Positions 51,201 through 60,200 of a stretch of DNA of 64,000 bases are shown piece after piece. A model generated the notes under the pieces. It worked only from the letters and a program-made list of their open reading frames with translations, did no database searches and was not told the origin of the DNA. Location of the stretch: assembly GCA_002633005.1 (NCBI GenBank), contig NMRA01000032.1, positions 290,911 to 354,910 of the forward strand, read 5' to 3'. Made by a program: the position numbers and the translations under genes. Source of the stretch: Phoronis australis. Its lineage: Eukaryota; Animalia; Phoronida. Position 1 is the first letter of the stretch. Every line of letters starts with the position of its first letter.

Positions 51201-54200
51201 TAACGACTACGATAGTGGCAAATTTCTAATAACAGAATGGCTTAGTCACCTTTCTAACTCCCCTTCATTCATGAGGGAAGGCTCCTCTGACGATGAGTTC
51301 AGCTTCTGACCCCGGCGTCATGGCAAGGAATTTCGGGTCATTTTGTCCGACTACTTTTGATGTGTACTATATTTTCTTTATTTACTTTCATTTTATATTG
51401 CGTTCCAACTTGACTGAAACGTAATGTCTAAGCAGAAAAGTCACGAAAAACACCATCAATGCACTTCCTGGATCAAACATCTATTTCCCCCGAGTCTCGT
51501 TGACTCAGTCAGACTATGGAATTGACACCAGTGTTTTCACTTACAAACACCACCACGTCCAATGATTCACTACAAGACAAAGCTGGTCTCTGAAGAATGA
51601 GATTATTTAGTGCTTAAGACTCAGGACTCAATAGAAATACCCCCCGGAAGGTCAACAAAACTCTTTTTCTTATTGAGTGTTGATGTATTGACGTCCTAGT
51701 GCATTAGGAAATTAATCCATTAAAAATAAAAAAACATCCTGAAGTAACCATTTGGGTAAGCAAACTAAGTAATATGTGCACACAAATGCATACTAAAACT
51801 GGAATAATAATATTAATTAACACTACATAAACTGTAATAATACTTGTCTGTGGTGATGATTAAAATTAATATTGTCATAATAACATCAACATTTATAATT
51901 GAAGCAACGATAAATGTAATCATAAAAATAAGTAGTTATTTCAAGTGACCTTAAATTATAATTATGATAATTAAACTTTAACACAACGATGGGAGAACCA
52001 TTTGTGCATTTATTCATCTCAACTGGGGTTTAGTTTTTAACCGAGCGCAAATTCTCTCGACAAACTTTTTTTGAAAACAAGTCTTTTTGCTGTTGCTAAA
52101 TATATGCCTTTTGAGCAAAATAACTTTGTGTTATGCTGCTAACTATGAATAAACTGGGTCGAGTTCCGTAGAGGCGAAAATCTCGTAAAGGAAGTTAGTG
52201 TGATCACAAGTTTCACATGCAACACATGGCGAAATCTCACGTAGTCTTGCATGATCTTGCGTTTTCGAGAGATTCTCGTGTCTACGGAATGCCTGCCAGG
52301 TCTCGACTTGTTTCTTACTGAAATTAGAAGATTTCTAGACTTCTAGGCGTATAGAAATAGTGACAGTTTGTTATTTATTACTGGACACCATACTCCGAGA
52401 ACAAAATGACTCATCAGGTCAAGCCAACTTCTTGAGTCTGGTCAAAAACAATGTTTAGTTCTTAAAACGGCCAGAAATCATTTCTTTTAATCTTTTGAGT
52501 AATGGCCCAGAAGAGATACCTGGCCTAAATGAATACAGTAAAATCTCACCAATTTCGGACAGAAATAATTCTCATTTTTTTTATTTTTCAAAGGCCTCAA
52601 ATAATGTTATGATGATCCCAAAATCGTTGGCTGGTGGTAGCTCTATTATTGTTTTTAAAAATGGTATAACATTTATTTTGTGCTACCTGCCTTTTATGAA
52701 AATAGGAAACAAATAAAAGTTCAATCGTAAGCTATTTGGTATCCTAAATTAGTGAGACTTTACATCTTTGTTGTTATTTTTGACATCTTTCACGTCGTAC
52801 AGATGTGCTTACGCTCACACATATCTGTATTCATTTGTTTCTTTTTGTGATTGACAGGAAGTGACCATACCGCAGCTATACCGTGAACAGAATATCTATA
52901 CTTCACTGTCAACTAATTAAATGAATGAATACAAGTGCATTTACTTTGGGACCACAGATGTGTTTTCATGAGTAGGCGTATTTGTTGTGTATTTCAACAT
53001 AGCAAACACACTCGTATCCAATTTCTGCCAGTAGCGTTAATGAACAAAATACTGTTTCTAGTAAACGATGAGAGCGGCAAATTTATAATTAAATTTTATT
53101 ACAAAATAGATCTGCAAACTGAGAGCAAATCAAGGACATTAAACTGTAAAACTTTTTCAAAGAAGGCCATCTAGTGGCTGACACTATGTGTTCAGGGCAG
53201 CGATCTGTGGACAGCACAATTACGTTAATAAATGAAAAATGGTTTCAGGTGTTTGGTACAATGGACCCAGCTGAACAGCTTATGCAAGTCTGATGCAGCA
53301 TGAATCAGACCGCCTGCATTTTTTATATAGCCATTGAGTCTCAATTACAAAGATTACCACGTATAGGTAATGATAAATTCTACAAAAACAATGTTTTCCT
53401 ATAAATCTGTGTCCACTGAGCCAGCAGTCAGTTCTCATAACCATTTGTGTGGGAGGATATTGAAAAACTATGCTGAGAATGAGTGTCACATAAGTCTACC
53501 ATAAACGAAATGAGAACAGGGATTTCATGAAGGGAGCGTGCCAGAGGGCAATCAGACCTGCCGCTGTGTCTCAGGAACAGAGCGGTAACAGTTTACCACT
53601 GAGGCTAGCTAATATTGTATTGTAAATAACTTTCCAATAAACCTGCCTTGTGGGCAACTTACGTTACACAGCAATCAATTCTTGACTAGCCTCTTGTTTG
53701 TTGGAGAGCAACTCTGTGGTATCCAGCGGTAGTCACCACATGGTAACAACAGATCAACTTACCGATTATAAACAACCCAGAATGCATGGTAAACATCAAC
53801 TTACCATTCAATCAGTACTGCAGGAAACGCGTAACAAACTTTTTCATTTCCATGACCTTTCCAGGACATTGTTTTCAGTTTGCATGAGTCATCAATTCCC
53901 ACAAAAAAGTAAATATGATTTCTGCTAATAATTGGTCACCATGCTTATTCGAATGCAAGACATTATTACATGAGAGGCAAAATGTCATGGAGGGGGGTAA
54001 CTTGTCTCAAGAAGTTTCCATGGGGTTTTTATGAACCTGTTTCATTTTTCATAGTTTTCAATGAACGGAAACTATTTTAGTCTCTTTCTTGGTTTTCCAT
54101 TGTGTTTATAACCGATAGGTAAACAATCGCTTTGCTTTAAGTTTGTGTCTCATGGTAATTATCAACCATACCAGTCTATTGAAATGAAAACAGTTTTGGA

Positions 54201-57200
54201 TGGTACGCAGTTAACTTAGTAATGAGTTGGCACACTTGCTTAGTAATACCTGTGTCTCAAGGTAACCAAATGACGTTCTGTTGATTGAATGGGAAAACAT
54301 GCTGCAGGATGGTCAGCCAACCTGGGCAATAGTGCCGTTCACATGAGAAAATGGGTGAAAATAATCTGGCGTATTTTTCAGCACAAATTTTACTAGGAAA
54401 AACTCAGCATTAGGGCATGAATTTGCTGGGATTCTGAGTTCCATCAAATTTCGCTGGATTAAAAGGCGGGGGATCAAGAAACATTCAACCAATGTGGTTT
54501 ATTTATTCAATTATAATACAGATCATTATCTGTATCACAAAACTGCTGGTGCTGGCGCATGTATTGTACTGCGCATACTGTGTCCGTGTCTGCCAATAGG
54601 GCGACAAAACTTTCCAGTATTCATAAATCCTTTGGTAATACAACCGGTAGTGGAATTAATCTCGCGCATTTTTCCTGAAGTACTTCTGGGATTCCCAAAT
54701 GCATGGGAACGACACTAGTGTGTTTTCGTATGAATGTGTGTCATGGTTATTAGTACCTTTACCATAGAAAGGGAACTAGTACTGTATGGTACTCAGTTAA
54801 CTTACCATTGAGCTGGCATTGTGCCTTAGTAATACAGCGTGGCCATACAACAGTGTTCTGTGGCCAGCCTGCCCAGAGGAGGCCTGAAATAAAGGGATAT
54901 GCAATAAGAAAATTCATGCAAATCATTGAATCCAGTCTCAGGCATAATTTTTAACTAGTAATCTTGGTAGATATTTGTATTAAAATGTAAACCTTATTGG
55001 GATATTTTCATGATTGTGTGATTCAGACAGTATACAAAGGCCCTAGTACGCTCTCTCAAATGTCTTTGTCTGTAGGGCTTTTCCATTGGAAGGCAAAATG
55101 TTACCAAATTTTAAAAGACAATTACCAATTAGAACTTTTTTTTTCACTTTTCAAGGGCTTCTAGAACTGTTGTGAATGCCTACAATATTTAAAGATATTT
55201 TCTGTTCGTAATTAAACCAGTTTTTGGCGGGTTTTTAATTTCTGTTGGTAGCTAACAATACACGACTTGTATGTGGCAAAGCATTATCCCGGTGCTGTTT
55301 ATCATTTATGAAAAAAAAAATGAGAAAATAAAATCTCTTTTGGCATTCATATTGCTTAACAGGAGGAATTCATCTAATAGTGCATGATGGGAACTTTACC
55401 GTATTTGTTGAGGTGGATGACAACATCTCCTGCAGGGCTCGAACAGACAATGCTTGCTCCAGAACAAACGTACATATTGACAGGTCTGGAGGCTGGGCCT
55501 ACAACGAGACAACACAGTGTTAGGAAAGCTCACCTACTGATATTGATACATATAACAAAAACAATTACACTAATAACAATTAAGGATAGCTCACCTGAAT
55601 GACCCTTAGTAGTCGCTAACATTACCAAGGCAACATAACATTAAATTATACAAATGTAAAATCTTCTTGATTGCTTACAAATCACTATTTTACAAGTTTT
55701 GATTTGCATTAATCTTCAACAAGACTACTAACTACAAAAATAATCCTAATTATTTCTTCTCACCTGTATGGTGGTCTAATGGCTTAAGAATAAGATGACT
55801 TGCTGAGTTAGACAGGTAAAAGAGGTTTGTAATCTCTTGTAGTTGTCATCACAAACTGTTCCATTGCCCCAAATGGGTTACTAGCATTTTGTGAGAGCAT
55901 TTTTGAGTGACAAAGCAGTCAAGGGTCTTGATTAAATTATGATGAAGTTTGAAGATAGCACTCAACTCATAAGCAGTGTAAACAGTTAAAGGGGGTACGT
56001 TGGGCACTGTGTAGGTAATATGACAAACGGATTACCATTTGCCATTTTGACCCGCCAATTGAAAACAGTACTCGGTATAACTTTTAAAATGTTTAATTTG
56101 TTGTAAAAAACCTGAACTATTGTGGCCAAACCATTGACTTTACTGCTCGGCTGACATCCAAATCAATGTCATTTCCTTGTACACATGAATGGTCCAATTC
56201 AACAATCTTATTTTCAAATTCATTCATACCGCCTGGAAGTATAATGCTAAGTCAATATTCGAATCAATACGAAGCTCGCATTAGAAAGCCAAAATCAGCC
56301 AGCAAATTCTTGTGAGAAGTCGGTATGTACGTGTATGTATGTATTATGCTAATTCCTAATGGGATTATTCCAAACACATAACGGGCATTGACCTAAAAGA
56401 AGTATTACTCAGATTCATAAGATTAAAGAAACCAAATACTAAGACAACCACATATCCTGGACCACAACCAAGGCGGATCTGTCAATGAACAGATATCGGG
56501 GGATACTTCATTATTATATTTCAATAATACAACCATGGGTGCAAACGGGGATCCAGACCCCTTGACCCGCTCTGAGTCCACCCATAAATAAGGGTCCACC
56601 AAGGAATACACACAGAGCTTTGAATTCATAACGGGGATTTTTTAACTGGAGCACCTTTGACTGAATTCCTAAACATTGAAATACTTCTCAATTATTCATT
56701 CATTACTTGGTAAAATGAAATTTCTCCAAGTCTTTTGCTTTGTCATAAATTTGTTTGTTTCTTTGTTTTTTGCACACTAAAGGCCACATTTCATAACAAT
56801 CCTGGTGGAATTTATACACAACGCATGCATCGTGAACAGCTCGGAGCCGCTAGTTTTTGGCTGAAATCAGACGCAAGATGGTGGTGTGACAGCCATTTTC
56901 CACTTTTTTGTTTACACGAGCAGTTGCTTCTCCGTTTCTGGTTGGACTTTCTGATTTTTCTATGGACACATCATTTCAAGCAATATAGAATGCGAGCAAT
57001 CTCTTTTTCTCCAGGCCTTATCCTTCTTCTGTTATTGAAGATTTTCCAGTGACAGCTCGATAATTAACTAAATTTTCATTTGTTTTATCCCTCATGTCAG
57101 TGTGTTGCTAGTACCCTTAATACAAGACCTAGACATTGGAGAACCAATGCCTAAGTTCAAGAAACAGAGATATGAAACATGTGTGTAACAAAACACACAG

Positions 57201-60200
57201 GTTTATAGAATCCAGAGATATGATTGATAATTCTGTTACTGAAGCTACTAATTTTACATTGCTGTAACCCACTAAGGACAAGATGTCTACCTGTTTTAAT
57301 TAAGTTCTCAGACAGAGAAATGCAATTATGTCATAACACTGTTATACACACAAAAATGTAATGGAGTAATTGAAGATAATGATAGCATTACAGTTCAGGG
57401 CAGCCTGGCACAAGTGATCTAAATTAAAGCCTGAGTGCTTTATTTTTGCAGATGAATCTAATTTGCCTCCTCAATGCCAACAGACATAAATAGGATTATG
57501 AGACAGTAAGGTAGCCATAAATGGCTAGGCACTGGATCCCAGGAGCTGGCTCAGTTTACCACTTGGGGGAATCCTGCAATCACAAGGGGAGATAACTCTC
57601 GAACCTTAGTCATATTAGCAATAAGGCTCAGAGGGGAGGCAACAAAAACCCATGTCTTGGATAATTATCATTTTTCCCAGTTAATGATTTTTTACAGGTG
57701 AGATGTTCATAAATTAATGTCACTGTGGCAACCGTCATGTCCTCCAGGTATCTGGAGTACTCCAGCCATGAGCCCTAAGCAAACCCAAATTGATCAAATT
57801 CAGTTTCAAAGTATGTTGACATTAGCAAACAACATGGCTGTTGAGCAAAATTTATTTTATGAAATTTTTCCCAGAGATAAAGATTCTGAAAATTTTTAGT
57901 TGGTCACTTGTATGGATTGTATCGTGTAGATGTCATAAAAAAACATTTGACAATGTTCCCATTGTTTGCAGCATGGCAATTGACCTTAGAAAAATAAAAA
58001 AAAAATTCTAATTGATACTTTTTGCGCGCAACAAGTGGAGAATTATAGTACTTTCAATTAGATGCTAATCGTGAGTTCATACAAAAAGAATGATATAAAG
58101 AAAAGTTTTGTAGCAAATATTCAAACTGACTTTTTATAATCACCATAACAAAACTGGGCTCCCATCTTCTCAAAGGATGTACGTTCTGTCATAGCCAAGA
58201 CTGTCATCGTGCAATTTTTAAAGACCACATAGTTTATATCACACGGTTTTCGAAGATCACCTGTGAGTATGAATACGATCTATGAATTCCCATTAGATGC
58301 CACGTTTCGTTTTTTCTAAAAAGCACAAGGTTGCATTTGCAATCATATATTTACGACTGTCTCAACCACGACTGGACATACAAACATCAACAAAATGCCC
58401 CCCTGACCAAACACACTGACTGGACAAGGCTGAATGCCAAGAGAGAGTATTTTCTTTATTGGCCCTTGCAGGAAAACAATATTTTGCATAAGGAAAGCGT
58501 GACATATGACATAAATGAATAACATTTTGAAATTTCAATTAATGAATTAGATTAGTAACTTCGCATATTTTATCTGCTACATCTTTCCAGAGGTCAATTG
58601 AGCTCAGATGAACAGAGTTGGTCAATGAACAACCCATACCAAGTTCCAGACTTGAGGCAATAGTGTACTTGATGTGAGGGGTCACTTCATAGAGACCAGA
58701 ATGCCTTTCTCACATCAAGCAGATGGCTGAATGGCTAAAAATTGAAGCGTTAATCACTCTTATGAGAGATAGAGGAACGTAATTGCACACAGCTTTGGCA
58801 AAATGAGGTTATGCATAATTTCCCACAGGGCATTGCTCAGGCACAGCGTGGGGGGCGCAACCCATTTATAATTATTTTGATTTCGCATTTTGCATCAACT
58901 TGAGACAAAAACAGGATTTTTGTCTGAGAGATTATTCTGTAAATTTCCAACCACTATGATAGATTAAAATTAAGACACGGAACAACCAGGCAAATAAAAG
59001 TCAGTAAGAACTGTTCCGAATTAATTAGCATGAGATTTCACTAAAAGGAATTTCAGATTCTACTGTTGCATTCCATAACTGAAGACATGAAATCTTCATT
59101 TGTACCGTGGAACCATAAATTTTGTCCCACAATGCAACACTACAACTCGCTGTCCAATCACGGACATGGTAGCCATTTTGCTAGTCTATACTAATGTCTT
59201 GAGCTTATTCACAAAACACTCGCCTTTTACAAGCGTGACCTCACTTAACTGGCTCCATGGAACATGCCCAAGAATTATTAACCCAACACTGGACAAAAAG
59301 TCCAACTCGCATTTGATAATACAAGCAGCAGGGTATAACATTAACACCAGTGATGCTAATAGGTCACACGTTTTTAGGGATCACAAGTGCCTGGGGTGGT
59401 GTGCAGTCCACTTGGAAGGTACAAAAAAATGTAGTGCGCAAAAAAATGTTGAAATTTCCATTCTGTAAAATTTTCACAAAATTTTTTCAATTTTACATCA
59501 AAGATATATTATAACACCAAATAATTGTCATATCATTTTTTAAAGCTCTATACCATAGGTACTATCAGATAATGATTCTGAAAATTTTGGGGCACTGGAA
59601 AATGAAACAAATGGCAATTATTTTTGTTCGAAATCGGTAAAATTTTAAAGTTATGTATTAATGATTTGTGTGACAGCTCGATCGTACAAACCTGACGATG
59701 GAGTAGAATTTGCACAATAAATTATAATACAGTTTTTGTCGTATGGTGACCAAAAAATGAATGACTTACAGTATATTTCATGTCATTCATAATCAGCAGT
59801 CGTTGCGTGTTATCCCACCGTATAGTGGTAAAATTTCATTTGTGTAGGACACAATATGGTCGAAAAAGTGAAACTTAAAACTTATCTCATTTTTTTATCG
59901 ACAATTAGCACTAACTTAATGCTTTTCTATGTCCAATTTCTATCATCTGCAGCTACCGTTAGACATTCTTTTGAAATGTCAATTTTTAAAGAATAATTTT
60001 TGTCCTAAATTAATGAGATTTTACCGTAGTCAATGTTGTGAAAGTACATTGTAAAATTAAGTACGCCTGCATTGTTCATAGGGGTAGCAACTGCTCTTTC
60101 GTAAGAGATACAGCTCTGGGATAGTTGGCAATTGTTACAGACTCCATTAACTTAGTGCAACTTAATGCGGGTCATATTTGATATACTGAGTTTGGGACTG